Origin: the human T2T-CHM13v2.0 reference genome, Homo sapiens
Strand: one strand, 5' to 3'
Assembly (NCBI RefSeq): GCF_009914755.1
Contig: NC_060944.1
Length of the DNA: 64,000 bases
The notes beneath the pieces are model-generated. The model was not told the origin of the DNA. It ran no database searches and worked only from the letters and a program-made list of their open reading frames with translations. The position numbers and the translations under genes were made by a program. Position 1 is the first letter of the stretch, and each line of letters opens with the position of its first letter. This document shows positions 43,077 to 57,400 of this stretch, one piece after another.

Positions 43077-45859
43077 TCCTGTGCTTCCAGGTCTCCCCCG
43101 CCTTCCTTCCCCATTCTGGTTGAAGGGGATATTTCTTTTCTGGGAAAGCATGACACAGACGCCGCCACCCCGCTCCTCACTCGCTTCATGCACTTGGGGA
43201 AGAGGACTCGACGCAGGAGGGGTCTGGGCCCCCCGAGTCAGTCCCACAGCCAGCCCCCTCGCTCTGCGACTCTGGATCCTCCAGTCAGGCCCCTTCCCCA
43301 GAGGCTGACTCCAAGTTGGCCAGGGCTGTTCATCTCATCTTGCGTATTTAGTTAAATGAAAACGGAACACGTGAAGGATGGGCGGGCAGGAGGGAAGGCG
43401 TCACCACCTCACCGCCACCCTCAGCCCCTGCCTCAGACAGAGCCAGGGTTGGGTCAGGAGGGGCCCCTGACATCAAGACCCCACTCCCACTCCACGGGCT
43501 AAGCTTCTCAGCACACCCATGACCTGCCAGGAGGGAAGCAGCCCTACAGTCACGTGCCCATTTCACAGTCGGGAAAACAGAGGCTCCGGAGACTCTCAGA
43601 GGCCCACGTGCGGATTGGCCAGAGCTGGCTGGCTGCACGGCCCCCACCATGCACCCCTCTCCCACTGCAGGGGGTCCTGGGGGGTCCCACGCAGCCTCCT
43701 TAGGCAGAAATTCCCTGTCCAGAACAATGTCCATGCTGATGAGGCTGCACCTCCCCGGGGCTGGGGACCTGGGAGCCCAGCAGGGCCCCGGGGATGAGCA
43801 GAAAGCCAGCGTGAGGCCGGAGTGGGCACCAGGTCCAGGACTGCTCGAGCCTCCCTGGGGGCCCCGCTCGCCTCGTCCATTAGGCAGCCGCCACGCTGCA
43901 ACCTGGAATCTAATTTCACCATCTAATGAACTGCTCTGTTTCCAGGACACACGCCACCTCCCACCTCAGAAGTGACGGGCGCGGGCGCCGCTGACAGAGT
44001 CCAGGCGTGAACCGGGCATGAACCAAGCGTGATGGATCACTGCAGACCGCCGGGGCTGGAGGGGACAAGGGCCACGCTCCTGCAGAGCTGCACACAGAGA
44101 CCTCTCGCGTGGAGCCGCCTCATGCTGAGCACTGCGTGGCTTGTACCTGCCAGGCCAGGGTCCACCCTCATTCGGAGCTTCCGGCAGCACCCACCTGAGC
44201 CTAAGGCCATGGGGCAGGGACGGGAGGTGACCCAGGTGGGACCGAGCCTCCCAAACACTGGGTGCTCAACTGGACCCTGACAGGACACAGGTCAGGAAGT
44301 CTCAGGTCCTCAGAAGGCCCAGCTGCTAGCCTGATGCTCACGGCCTCCAAACGGCCTGGGCCTGCCTATGCCCGCCTGCACCCACCTGGCACCTACAGCC
44401 CTCCTTCCAACATCCTGGGCAGGGAGGCGCTCTCAGGGGGCTCTCGATGCCCCACACTGACCATGGCCCCAGGATGGCCACTTCCTTCAGCCAGCTGTGG
44501 CTCCCTCGGGAACAGGAGTGGAGGAGCTGGAGGCGGGGGTCCTGCCCACCTGCACGTTGCTCCCTAACCACTCCCGCAGCAGACGCCCAAGGCCCACAGG
44601 GACCCCCAGCCCCCTGCATTGCTGCAGCAACCACAGGTCCTTCCAGGGCCTTCGCCCCGGCCCAGAAAGAGGGGGCATCCGCCATGCACCCCAGGGGCTC
44701 TGGGAGCTGCAGCTGTGGGCAGACTCCCAGGCCCTGGCAGGAAACCCGCTGGCTCAGCACGTGGTTAAATCAGCTCCCCGGGCACTGCCTCGTGACTTCG
44801 CAGCGCCTGCTCACGGTCCCTGGAGACGGAAGCTCCGCAGGGCTCATTTGTTCTCCATTAGTCACCTGTCCCACCCAGACCACAGGTGCTGGACAGAGAC
44901 CCAGCCGGTGCACCAAGCAGGGCTGGCCAAAGTGCCCAGCCCAGCCCCATGCAGAGGTCCTGGCCCGCCCTCCCCGACCCCGCAACCTCCCTGGGCTCGC
45001 AGCCCCTGGCCTGGGGTCCCCTGGACTTTACTCTTCCTCCCGGCATGCCCCGGCTACCCACTCTCCACTGCCCCATCCCAACCCACTGAGCCCGCAGAGA
45101 AGCGCCCCTGTACCAGCCACTTTGATCCCAGAAGCATGTGGAGAAGCTGGGTGGGAATGGCAGCCAGCATAGGCGAGCCCCAGGCCCTGAAGATAGACCC
45201 CACCCTGGCCTGGCCCTCGAGGCCGCTGCAGTGCCTCATGGTGGACCCCACGCGACCCATCCACCCTGCTCCCCTCCTGCCCTCGGCAAACGCCGTCCCT
45301 GCCCCAGGGCCTTTGCACGTGCACTTCCTGCTGCCTGGAATCCTCTCCTACCCGCAGGTCCCAGAGCCGCCCCCTCATCCCCCAGGCTTCAATCTCAGGT
45401 CACTTTCTCTGAAAGGCTGCCCGACCATCCCTTCCCCGGGCAGCCCCCAAGTCTCCCTGGTGTATTCTCTCCAGGGCCCTGAGCCTGACCGAGCACTGTC
45501 CCCCCAGAGCAGCGGTCTGCTCGCCCTCCCGGAGGCAGGACCCCACATCCTCTGCTCAGACAGTGGCCCCAAGTGCCCAGCCCAGAACCTGCACAGAGGC
45601 GTCTCCCCACATCCAGGCAGGCGGCAGCCAAGACCCTGCCCTGGCCAAGTTGAACCTGCTCGAGAGCCCAGGCTGGCAGCTAGGCCTGGGGCCCACACTC
45701 AGGCGTCACTGCACCGCCTTCCGCACAGCGGGAAGAGCAAGGCGAGGGCTCCGGGAGGGGGCCTGTGTGGGTCTGGGGGGCTGAGATGAGGAGGGCACGG
45801 CCCACCCAGGGCACCTGGCCACATGTGACGCAGGCTTCGTCCCAAGAGGAATGACGAAA

Positions 45860-46650
45860 TGTCCAGAGACACTCACCGCGTGTCCACAGCAGCCTCACGG
45901 CAGACGCAACCCAACATCCAGTTGGTGGGTGGGTAGATAAACTGAGGTCCGTCCGTGCGGCCACAGGAAGGACGAGGCAGCGGCCCCCAGACACGGAGAG
46001 GATGAAGGAGTACCCTAAACACGAAGGAACCTGAGGGCAGGCTCGGCAAGGAAAGCCAGGCATAAAACGGCACCACGATGACAACTCCACTTACACGAAA
46101 CATCCGAAGCAAACAGGCCAGGCCCGGCGGCCACGCCTGTACTCCCAGAGCTTGGCGAGGCCGAGGCAGGAGGACAGCTTGGGCCTAGGAGTTCGAGACC
46201 AGCCTGGGTAACACAATGAGACCCCATCTCTACAAATGATTTAAGTTAGCCAGATGTGGTGGGGCACCTGCAGTCCCAGCGACTCGGGAGACGGAGGCTG
46301 GAGGATGGCTCGAGTCCAGGAGGTCCAGGCTGCAGTGAGCTGTGATTGAGACACTGCACTCCAGCCTGGGCGAAAAGAGACCCTGCCTCAAAAATAAATA
46401 AATTAAATAAAATAAAATAACAGGCACGTCACAGAGACAGGCAGGAGACCGGCAACTGCCAGGGACAGGGTGGGGCACACGATGGCAGAGGGCAAGAGTG
46501 TCCACATGGGGTGACAAGTTTTCAAATAGGGCTGGTGGCGGCAGACCATCACTAAATTCTCCACTCTAAACGCCTCTGAATTACTCGCTTTAAAATGCTA
46601 TCTGCATGTTAGGATAATTTAACCTCTATTTTTAAAAAACAAAATAAACC
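45860..46650 (+). mobile_element. Old L1 3' fragment interrupted by an AluJ-like element (46116-46420)
   Basis: L1M 3'UTR-like motifs on both sides of a diverged Alu dimer. Confidence 0.7.
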
Positions 46651-48523
46651 GTGTTGTCAAGGTCTGGGACAGCAAGCGCACACAGGTAACCTGCCTGCCC
46701 ATCAGTGGCTCTGTGCCTAGGGTGTCCACCCACCTGTGCCTCAGTTTCTCTCTGAATAGGATAGCTTTGGGTGGGGAGAGTTAACACTCACCACACCTTG
46801 TCCCCTCCAGACTCCTCCAGTCCATGGTGCTGTTGTCTCGGTAGGAAGGCTGGAATGTGGACAGGTGCGTTTACACTACAGGAAGCAGACGGCACCCGGG
46901 GACCTTGTGAGCTGTAGAATCGCCCCTTCTTCTGTGGCTGAAGCTTGGCTCTGGCCCTGGCCAGTGTCCCCATCCCAGCCCAGCCTACTCCTCCCCAAAC
47001 CCGAGCCCCGGAGCTTCCCTGTCATGCACACCCCCATCCCCAGCACCTTTGGGGACCCCTGCTTGGCCTGGCCTGGGCTCCTGACCCTGCAGGTCCCTCC
47101 CTGGCCTTACCCAAGCCCTTAGCAGCTTTGGGGAGCAAAGGCTTCATGAGGTCCCAGGGGAGCTGGGGTGGAGAGGGGCTCCCCCCACCCTCAACAAGGG
47201 GGCTCCTCCTGAGACATCCCACACTCCCTTCATGGGCTCAAGCTGCCTGTCAGCCCCACCCGAAACCCATTCAGGTGCTGAGGGCACCCCAACAGTGGCA
47301 CTCCTGACCGAGGCTCCCAGCAGGCCTTCCCCCCCACAGCCCCCTGAGACAGCCACGCCTAACCCCCTCCCAAGCAGGCCAGTGCCCTCAGCTGGTCCAC
47401 GGCTCACAGCTCCAGTCCCTGGCCCCCTACAAACGTCCTAGTGAGTGCTCTCTCTCGGCCTCCACTTGCACACCTCCGGCGACGGAGGGCTCACCCCACA
47501 GAAAGAATCTCGTTCCAACACAAGCCCCTCCTGGGCCAGCCTGCGTCCTCCCTCTCCCCTCACCAGCCTTCCTGGCCAGGGTGGCCTCATCACCTAATCA
47601 CATTCAGGCAGACCCGGGGCCTGCAGGACAGCCCTGGATGGGACACATGTGGATTCCCCAAGCCTCATGTGGACACGTCCCCAGGACAGCTGTGGTGTCG
47701 ACATCCACGCAGGGACACCACACAACACAGGGACTCTGCCGTCATCCATGTCCACAGGTGGCTGGACAGGTGCTGCGGCAGCCCCAGGTCAGAGACAAGC
47801 CAACTACCTGGCACGCGAGACTCATCTTGCCCATGAGAAGTGTGGACAGTATGCCGTTAACACCACAGCGGGACGGGACCGCCTGAATCCTATTCTGTTT
47901 AGAAACGCACAGGCGGGCGCAGACACCTGGAAAGAAACCAGGAAGAGCAAACGTCCTTCCCTGTTTTCCACGCTTTCCCAGTCTCCTGCGGTGGATGTGC
48001 TTACTTTGCAGTCAGAAGAAAATAAGCCACGACCAAACGTTTATTTAAGAAACGAGGGCGGCAGGGGCCGCCAGACCCCCTCACCCTGACAGACGCAGCC
48101 CTGTCCACCCGCCGCTCAGGCCAAGGCCCCCCCAACTTTCTTCACGTGATCTTAACTCAGCTCTTGGCTAATTAAATGGCACCCGTGGGAAGGGATGGTC
48201 TCAGATAAGCTGGCTCAGTGCTAATTGTAAAGGAGAGAAGCCGGTCGTGTACCTTGCCCCAGCAGCCACCCCCCACCGATCATTCCTCGGGCACCTCCCA
48301 AACACCAGCCCCTTCCCCATAGCTGCCCAGAGGTGAGCCAAGCCCCTGACTCTATGGCCTGGGCGGATGCCAAACAAGAATCACACAAGGGGATCCTCTG
48401 GCCCACGAGGAGCCGCAACTGCAGCTCCTGGTCAGGACCATGGCCAGCACCCCGGGGGCCGGCCCTCCTCCCCCATCCCCAAGAGTGGCCCCAGAGCCTA
48501 ATCAGGTAGGAGGGCAGAAATAT

Positions 48524-49325
48524 CACCTACCCCAGGCAGCAGGGAGGAGGAGGCTGCACCTACCCCGGGCAGCAGGGAGGAGGAGGCTGTACCTACCCCG
48601 GGCAGCAGGCAGGAGGCTGCACCTACCCCAGGGAGCAGGGAGGAGGCTGCACCTACCCCAGGGAGCAGGGAAGAGGCTGCACCCACCCCAGGGAGCAGGG
48701 AAGAGGCTGCACCTACCCCGGGGCAGCAGGGAGGAGGCAGCACCTACCCCGGGGCAGCAGGGAGGAGGCTGCACCTACCCCAGGGAGCAGGGAGGAGGCT
48801 GCACCTACCCCAGGGAGCAGGGAGGAGGCTGCATCTACCCCAGGCAGCAGGGAGGAGGCAGCACCTACCCCAGGCAGCAGGGAGGAGGCTGCACCTACCC
48901 CAGGCAGCAGGGAGGAGGCTGCATCTACCCCAGGGAGCAGGGAGGAGGCTGCACCCACCCCAGGGAGCAGGGAAGAGGCTGCACCCACCCCAGGGAGCAG
49001 GGAAGAGGCTGCACCTACCCCGGGGCAGCAGGGAGGAGGCTGCACCTACCCCAGGGAGCAGGGAGGAGGCTGCATCTACCCCAGGGAGCAGGGAGGAGGC
49101 TGCATCTACCCCAGGCAGCAGGGAGGAGGCAGCACCTACCCCAGGCAGCAGGGAGGAGGCTGCACCTACCCCAGGCAGCAGGGAGGAGGTGGCACCTACC
49201 CCAGGCAGCAGGGAGGAGGCTGCATCTACCCCAGGGAGCAGGGAGGAGGCGGCACCTACCCCAGGCAGCAGGGAGGAAAATGCACCTACCCCAGGGAGCA
49301 GGGAGGAGGTGGCACCTACCCCAAG
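48524..49325. repeat. 30-bp VNTR (CACCTACCCCAGGGAGCAGGGAGGAGGCTG), about 27 units, intron 1
   Basis: Seen directly. Confidence 0.96.
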
Positions 49326-49932
49326 GAACAGGGCATCTGCCCCCACATCAACCACCTGAGCAGCAGGCAGCCTAGAGTGGTGCCCCAGAGCCTCCTCTCC
49401 CTGCACACACCTTCTGTCTCCAGCCTGGACGGGTTTCCACAAAAATGTAACTTTTCAATGACAGGAAAAGTGAGTGTTAAACTTCTCTGCATATTTGGTC
49501 CTTTGGGATGAGAACATTTTTACAGCCACCAGGCAGCTTCTAGGAATTCATCCTGCCGACCTGCACCTTGCGTGAAGATGTGCATGGAGCCCCACGCAGC
49601 ACCATTTGCAGCGGCAAAGTCCTAGCACCTGCTTCAAGGTCCATCACTGCAAACCGGTCAGAGAAGTCGTGAGCGCCCGACGGAGCCTAGAGGGGGACAT
49701 GCAGGGAGAGGGGGCCACACGCACAAGGCAGGACACGGAGTGACTCCACACATGTGAAAAGAAGTGAGTGAACACACACAGACACACACATGCTGTACCG
49801 TGGCACGCATGCAGAGAACGGCTCCAGGAGATGGGCCATGGCTGACCCGGTACGGAGATGGGGCAGCGCAGAGGGGGCAAATCATACTGGCTGGACATCA
49901 TTTTATATATTTCAGGGTTTCCGTGGGTGTCT

Positions 49933-49936
<4 letters not shown>

Positions 49937-49966
<30 letters not shown>
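49937..49966. repeat. (TG)15 microsatellite
   Basis: Seen directly. Confidence 0.95.
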
Positions 49967-49967
<1 letters not shown>

Positions 49968-50017
49968 ACATGTCATGTGAATTTGACCTATTCTGGAAGA
50001 ACGGGTAAGAAGGGGGT

Positions 50018-50157
50018 CATCTCCCAGCTACTCAGGAGGTCAAGGCAGGAGGATCGCTCAGGCCCAGGAGTTCTGGGCTGCAGTGAGCTACAATCACACC
50101 ACTGCACTCAGCCTGGGCCACAGAGCGAGACCCCCACACTTAAAATAAATAAATAAT
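50018..50157 (+). mobile_element. Alu monomer (FRAM/FAM-like)
   Basis: cccagctactcaggagg...ccactgcactc plus (TAAA)n tail. Confidence 0.85.
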
Positions 50158-53116
50158 AGAATACGGACATCAGGCCCTGCCTGGCCTTATCTGGTCTACA
50201 AAGGGGACTCCAGGCTGCCTCCTGCTCCGTCCTGGGGTGGCGCTCCCCGATATCCCTGCCTCCCTGACCACCCTACTCCAGGAGAAGGAAGCCCAGCCGG
50301 CCGAGTGCTGCTGCCCTTCCCCAGGGCTCAGCCTCCATGACAAACTTTAAAGTCCCACACACGTGCCCTCTGCACCCTGAGTCCCAGCTTAGAACCCTGC
50401 ACCCGCACACAGGGGCAGAAACACATTAACCAGGCGCCTCCGGCCTCCCGCCCACAGCCCCTCAGGGCAGACATCCCAACCTCTCATCCCTGCCCGAGGC
50501 TTCTCCCCACCTCCTCCCAGGACAGGGAGCCAGGCAGAAACTGGCCTTTTGCTCCCACTCACCCTTCTCATGTTTTTTCCAAACCTAAACAGAAAAGCAA
50601 GCTCGAAAGTTCTCAGGTGTTCAGCTTACGTCACGGGTAAGGGCTCCATGGGGAGGAACAAAACTAGAGAAGACCTGGAGGATGAGGCGGGGGCAGACAG
50701 AGGCAGCAGATGCCTCCACGCCACAGATACAGAGGAAGAATCTAGAAGGAGGCTCCCTGCAGGCTGGGCAGCCTGGAGCCCAGCCCCTGCCACACCCCCA
50801 GGAGCTGCCCGTCCGCCCCCACTGAGATGATTCAGGGATGGGAGACTCCGATTGTTCAACCCACTCCCCGCCGGACTTCCTGGAGCAACCATGCTCTCCT
50901 ATGCATCCACAAAGCCATTCCCAGCAACCCAAAAAAATGAAAGACCTAATTTTGTTCAAGCTGGGTAGGCAGCAGAGCCTAATGTCAGTTCCAGAGCACG
51001 TCTGGAAAACATCCTCATCCCCAAAGCGAGGCAGCCACTGTCTGAAAACCACCACTCCCCCTGCGAGAGGCCGCCCAGCATCCCCTGTCTGGGGCCAGCA
51101 CAAGCTGCTGGCCCTGGGCTGGGAGCTCTGGGCAGCTGGTGGCCAGAGAGAAGCCTTCTCAGAGGCTGGCCTCTCCACTCAAGCCGATGTCTCCTGTGGG
51201 GGTGGAGGGGCCGCCAAGTGCCCCGAGGCCTCGGGGCAGGTACCTTAGCCTCACCCACCCCAGCCCCTCACCTGGCACGGGGTCTGTGGTTTAGACAACA
51301 GAAGGGACATGAAGCTCTGTGGAGAGCTCCCGTCGCCCCGTCCTCCACCACACATCATCCTGGGGACCTGCGTGTGATGCCCCCCACGCACAGCAGCCTG
51401 CACCCCAGGGCTATGAGCCCCTTTCAAGACTGAAGCTCCCACCGGGGCCGCCTAACCCCACAGGGAGCACAGCACAGGCCCACTGCTAACAGGAGAAAGC
51501 ACCTGCACACTAGCTCCCCGACGCTGGAACAGGGCCATGGCCCTGCGCCCCACACTCCAGCTCCACTCTCCACAGGAAAAGGCTCCCAGAATCCAGCCAC
51601 TCAGTGTGTGGGGGCAGGGGCCCTGCTGACTTAGAAACAAGTGGCACATTGATCCGCATTCAAACTTGCCAGCCAATCAACCACAGCCCCGCGCACAGAC
51701 TCTCCCAGGTGGGACTGAGGGGGTCTCCCCTGTCCTTGGCAGGGGCGTCTCCCCCACGCACCCCCAGTCCCGTCCTCTCCACAGGCTCCAGATGCCCACA
51801 TCCCCAGAACACTCAATGGGACAACTCAGAGCAGGTTACAGAGAAAGAAAAGCCACACAAGCTCACCAAGGGCACGCTATTTCAGAAGTGCCTTCTCCTC
51901 CTGGAAATGTCGACCCCAAAGCTCTCACTGGGAAACCTCTGGCCTGGCCCCGGGAAGCGACAGGCGCAGGTTTGGGGCTGAGGCCGTCCCAGCAGCTCTG
52001 TGGCCTGCCAGACCTCAGAGCACTCCCATCAGGGGCCACAAGAGCAGAGAGCTCTTCAGCCCCATGTTCTCCTGGACGAATTAAAAGCACGACCCATCCC
52101 AGCTTCAGAAAACAAAAAGTCTAACCCTCCATTTCCCAGACTCCAGACCAACCTATTTGCTAAGCAGCATCCTGAGCCACTCCCTCCTCCAGCTCTGTGG
52201 GTACAGCTTTCTCAGGCTAAAGGGGAAACAGAGGGGCTTCTCAGGGCCCACCCGCCTTGTGCTGGCCGCCTCCCTCACACCCCCTCACCCAGGAGCCATC
52301 AAGGACAGAGCCTCCTCCTGCAGGGCCCACACTCCATCACCCGCTGCTGAGGCCAGCGGTCGGCAGGGCCCTGCCACTCAGAGCCCACTAGGGAGGCAGG
52401 AACCAGAACCCACTCCGAAATCAACAGAGAAAGCTCGGCACACGGGCTGGTGAGCGTAGGGGTCGCACGCAGGGGCCAGCGGGAGCCATTTCCAGAGAGT
52501 TCCTCGGCGACAAGCTCAGATCTGCAGGCCCCTCCTCCTTCGACCTTGCATCTGTTAGGCGTGTTGAACAGGTGCCGCCCACCCTACCCAGGACGCGCTT
52601 CCTCCTCTGAGGATGTCCAGGGCCCTCCCCTCCACAAAGGCACCGTTTTGAGACTCCCAGAGCTGTCAGCCAAGTGTTGTCGGAAGGCAGAGCTGAGCTC
52701 CAGCCCTGCAAAGGGCATCCGCGTTCCGGGCACCGCCGTTTCCGCTCGACGCTCCGTGCTAAAGGCGGCCTCATGGCTGGGCGCGTGTCGGTGCTGAGGC
52801 GTCCCGGCGGGTCCTCTGCTGCCGTCCCGAGGCGGCCCGGCGGGTTCTCTGGCGCGGTCTGCGTGGAAACTAGAAGCTTGCACTGCAGCTCTTTCACAGC
52901 TTAAGGGGTTCCCTGGTAAAACCTGCCCACAGTGGTTTCTCAAGCCGAAGATCATTCCTGTCCTCCAAGCCTCAACCCTCAGGATGCTGGGAACACGCCG
53001 GAAGCCACGAACAGGAAGACAATCCCCCAAACTACCCGGCACACACAGGGCAGGCACCTTCGTTCCAAGTGAACAGCCGGCATCTCCGCGGCCGGTCCCA
53101 CACGACAAACAGGCAA

Positions 53117-53262
53117 GCTTCCCACGCTCGAGCCCGGGCCCCGCGCTTCAACCCACGACCCCCGCAGGCTTCCCACGCTCGAGCCGGGGCCCCGCGCTTC
53201 AACCCACGACCCCCGCAGGCTTCCGACGCTCGAGCCCGGGCCCCGCACTTCAACCCACGACC
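53117..53262. repeat. 51-bp CpG-rich tandem repeat, about 3 units
   Basis: Units start at 53117, 53168 and 53219. Confidence 0.9.
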
Positions 53263-54238
53263 TGGCCCTCAACAGCAGCGCAGGCCTCTCCGTCACGGCC
53301 CAGCCGCTGACCAATGGGACTGAGAATCGGCCGGAGGGGCAGAGCGACGCCGTCCCGGACCGGCCAGCCATCCTCCCTCCTGGCCTCCACGCTCCGTCCG
53401 GGGTGAGGCCTTCCACTCTGCTGAAGGAGCCTCACGGTCACGGCGATGACAGCTACGAGCTTGGGGAACATCGCACGCATCAGGCATCGTGTGGAGTGAC
53501 TCACACGTTGAATCCCAGCGGCCATCACGTGACACAGATGCAGACAGGTTACCCCCACCACGCAGACAAGGAAACTCGGGTCTAGGAGCCCGACGCTGGC
53601 CAGTCTCAGGATGACGCCCCCGGCCAGAGCCCCAGCCCTGCCCTCCCCGAGCCTCACGCCCCACGGGTCACGCAGGGTCTTCACAGGTCACGGCCACACA
53701 GGAGCACGTCTCACACGGGCGGAAGCACAGAGGGGAGCGGGGCTGCGTCCACAGACCGCGCACACACGAGCAGTTTCCCGTCTCAGAGCTGCCTGGCATG
53801 CACACTGGAAAATAGTTAAGACAGCCCCCCGTGAGGTAACACGCTTGGGCTCTGTCTGTGATGACAAGATGTCGGACACAAGGCCAAGGTCTCCCCCGGG
53901 GGACATCGCAGGCATCACCCCACCATCCTTGCCCCCCATCCTCCCAAAACGGGCACATTGCTCCCGCCTGAGCCTTTAACAGGACACGGCCTGGCCGCTG
54001 GCCCCAGCCTCCCGTCAAACCTCAAGTGGACATTCGGAGGGCCCAGGGCACAGGCTGCCCCTCCCCTGCCTCTGGGCAAGGCAGCTCGGCCATCCCATAT
54101 CCCTTCTCCCCATATTCAAGGCCCCCACAGGTCCCCCTTGGTCCTCCAGACTTGCCCATTTTCCTAGGAGGGAACCCACTCTGTGTAGCAGATTCATCTC
54201 CCCACACTGGAAGCAGCTTCAGGCCCAGCTCCTCTACG

Positions 54239-54437
54239 GCTCCTCTACGGCTGCGGAACGTCATTCCTACAGGGCTGAGGCTAGCCCGGCTCCTGTGCAG
54301 CTATGGAACGTCACTCCTACAGGGCTGAGGCTAGCCTGGCTCCTCTACGGCTGTGGAATGTCATTCCTATGGGGCTGAGGCTAGCCCAGCTCCTGTGAGG
54401 CTATGGAATGTCACTCCTACAGGGCAGAGGCTAGCCC
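54239..54437. repeat. 50-bp tandem repeat, 4 units, alternating as a 100-bp dimer
   Basis: GGAAYGTCAYTCCTA core every 50 nt; TCATTCC and TCACTCC alternate. Confidence 0.9.
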
Positions 54438-57400
54438 CGTGCTCTTGCGAGCAGCTGCCAGACGGACTTGCTGAGTGTGCACACAGGGGCCATGGACGTG
54501 TCAGGAGCACAGGGACTAACGGAGATCCATAGATTCATTTGTTTATTGACTAAAACAAACTGGGAAAATCACTATGTTAAGCCACTCTCCACCACTGGAC
54601 TCAGCCTGTGCCGTGAGAAGTGACCCCAGTTCTGAAACACTCCAGGATTTAAGCATTTTCAAAACTGGAGACAGGATTCCCACGTGGTCAGCATCCTGGG
54701 GGCCGAGAATCCTTAGTGCCCAGCAGTGCCCATATCCAGGGCGCCAGCACCTCTGGAGAGACCGCGTCTCTGCAGAGATTGGCTTGCAGTGATTTCTAAT
54801 AAAACAGATTTTCTCTGCTCTCACTGTGGAATGGTCAGGAGGAGAGTTTCTGCTTATCCTTTAGCTCCTATCCTCTCACAGACACAGAATGTGCACAGAG
54901 ATTGACTCCACTGTGTAACTAAGCAGCATCATGTACAATGTCTTATCACTCCAGAGTAATTTCACTTTAAATTATTTGGTGAGGGGCAGAAATCCTGCGA
55001 GGAAGCCCGAGACCTCCCAAGGGGTCCAGGAACCAGAGAAATCCAGGTTTCCCCAGAAACCACAACTCTCCGAGGCTTCTTCACCTTTTGGGAAATTTCC
55101 ATAAGATTTCCTACACAGGAGGCTGTGGGAAGAAGGGGAATGTGGCCGTTCAAGCACTCGAGTCTCTTTCTCGGCACACAATGCTCCGTCAGCAGAGACT
55201 GGACCCTGGTCCTGCCAGGGCCCCGCTCTGTGCTGGGTAAAGCCCAGGCCTGCACTCACCCCTCAAAGCAGCCTGACCAAGAAGAGAGTGTCTGAACCCC
55301 ACCACTGTGCCAGGCGCCTGCCCACCCCAGCCAGCCCTTCGAGGGCTCACACCAGCCCCAGAGCTGAATGAAGGGGTGGGAAAGAGGCCCAGCGGCCTGT
55401 GCTCAGCACCACCCGAGTTCTCCAGGACTGTGAGGGGAAGCGCCTGGGCCCCGGCACCGGGGGACTTGAACATAGGCCCTCCGTCCCAGGCCCTTCCCTG
55501 CAGTGAAATGGGACACAGCACCTGGTCAAGCAGCCCAGGGCCAGAGGCCCCTAAAACCCTGGACCCCAGCTGAGGCCTGGCGCAAAAGCCAGGATGGCAC
55601 AGCGAGCCCCAGGGACAGGCCCTCCCCGGTGCCAGATTTCCCATCTGGCCTATTTTAAACACAGCTTCACTCTGGCCACTCCACGTGGCTGGGCTGCTGG
55701 CAAGATCAAGCAATCTGCACCCCCAAGCTCTCATCTCAGGCTGGGACCCCCCCTTTCAGTTAAGCAGGACAACTCTGGAGCTCACTCAACCTTCCTCTGC
55801 CTCAGTTTCCCCATCCACAGGAACCAGGCTGCGTGACCCTCTGGCAGGCTGTAACTAAGCGGTAACTGAGGTCCGCACCCAGCGGGAACAGAGCGGAGCT
55901 CCCTTTCCCACACCCAGCAACCCACGCGGGGATCCTGGACGAGGAGGTTCAACTCCGTGGTGGAGCAGTGCCCGGCTCCAGTCCTATGGGCAGATGGGCT
56001 GCAGGAGAGAGGCTGGAGCCCGGGATTCAGGCTCCGAAGGGCCCCCCATGGTGATCTGGCCCAGAGTCCCCTGCGGCAGCCCCAGGGGCACATCATCTGC
56101 TAGTTCGGGCCATTTCTGCAGCTCACACTCCCTTTGGGAGGTCTGGGAGAGGTGGCCCAGCACCCCGCCCCGACCAGGCAGAGAGCAGGTCTGACGCCCT
56201 TCTAACTCAGAGAAGGCCCTGTCTCCAGAGCCTCTGGGAAAGCACCCAGGCAGTGCGAGCAGAGGCCACGGCTCCCACAGAGGAGCAACAGTGGATGAAG
56301 TCCCTCTCTAACTCAGTGCTGGACGTCCCCACCTCCCCAGAGCGGGGGCAGCAGGGGCCTGGCCTGACGCCCACCAAGCCCTGGGGCCATGGGGCAGCAG
56401 CCACCGCCCTCTCTACCCCAGACAGTGGCTACCCCGGGTCCAACAGGGATGCCCAGAGAGGTTCTCACAACTTGACCTCTCCGAAGCCAGACACTGGTGG
56501 CAATAGGCAAAAGGCAGGTGGGCCTGGGGACCTGTATTCAGCCACAGCTGGGTGCGGCAGCACAAGGAGCCCTGGCCTTCCCCCCACTCCCGGCTGCCCC
56601 AGGCCCAACTGAGCTCCGTCTCCGTTTAGCTGATGAACAAACAGACCAAATGCTGCCTAACGCGCCACACGGGCCAGTCCATGCCGGGCCAGAGGACATG
56701 GGGCCATCAGGCCTCCCAAGTGGAGGTGGGGGCTGCACTCCAAGGATGGGCTGGGCCACGGGGACAGCAGCAAACACCACACCAGGGGTCTGGGAGCCGG
56801 GCGGTGAGCTGCACCAGCAGTGCTGAGCCACATCCCCTTTCACAGAGGGCACTGGGCCGGCCTGGAAGAGTGTGATGCCCCCCAGCAGTGGTGTTCACAA
56901 AGCCCTGGGTTGAGAAGCAGCTGTGCCGACGTTACCGACGGAAAACTGAGGTTTGCAGAGGTTCTGAGACCAGCCCCCAGTGTCCAACCCGAGGCAGGAC
57001 CAGAAACCCTGCTCTCCAGCCCCGCCGCTTAGAAAAAATCCCCCTCCCAAAGGGGCCGCCTCCCTGAGTCCAAGCCACCCCTGCCCACAGCAAAGGAGCT
57101 GAGGAGAGCCTGGGAGCTCAGGGAGGTTCAGGGAGCTCCGTGCCCACAGCAAAGGAGCTGAGGAGAGGCCTAGTGCAGGCTGGAAGGCGGGGCTGTTCAG
57201 ACGTTGAGGGTCTCGCCTGAAGCCCCCGCATGCTGCTGCTCTATCTTAGAGGGGGCCCGTCCGGACTGGGGGTGGTCAGGAAGAGACGGCTCAGACCCCA
57301 CATGTGCAAGTGTCCCCATGCTTTGCCCCAGTTCTGGACTGCTGCTCTCAGGAGGCAGAGACAGGAAGGAGAGACAGAGGGGCTGACCCACGCAGGCCCA

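Noticed and set aside
54743-54760. RE1-like CCAGCACC-TCT-GGAGAGA (similar near-matches at about 9564, 14327 and 52780)
   Set aside because: Wrong spacer length or core mismatches against the RE1 consensus
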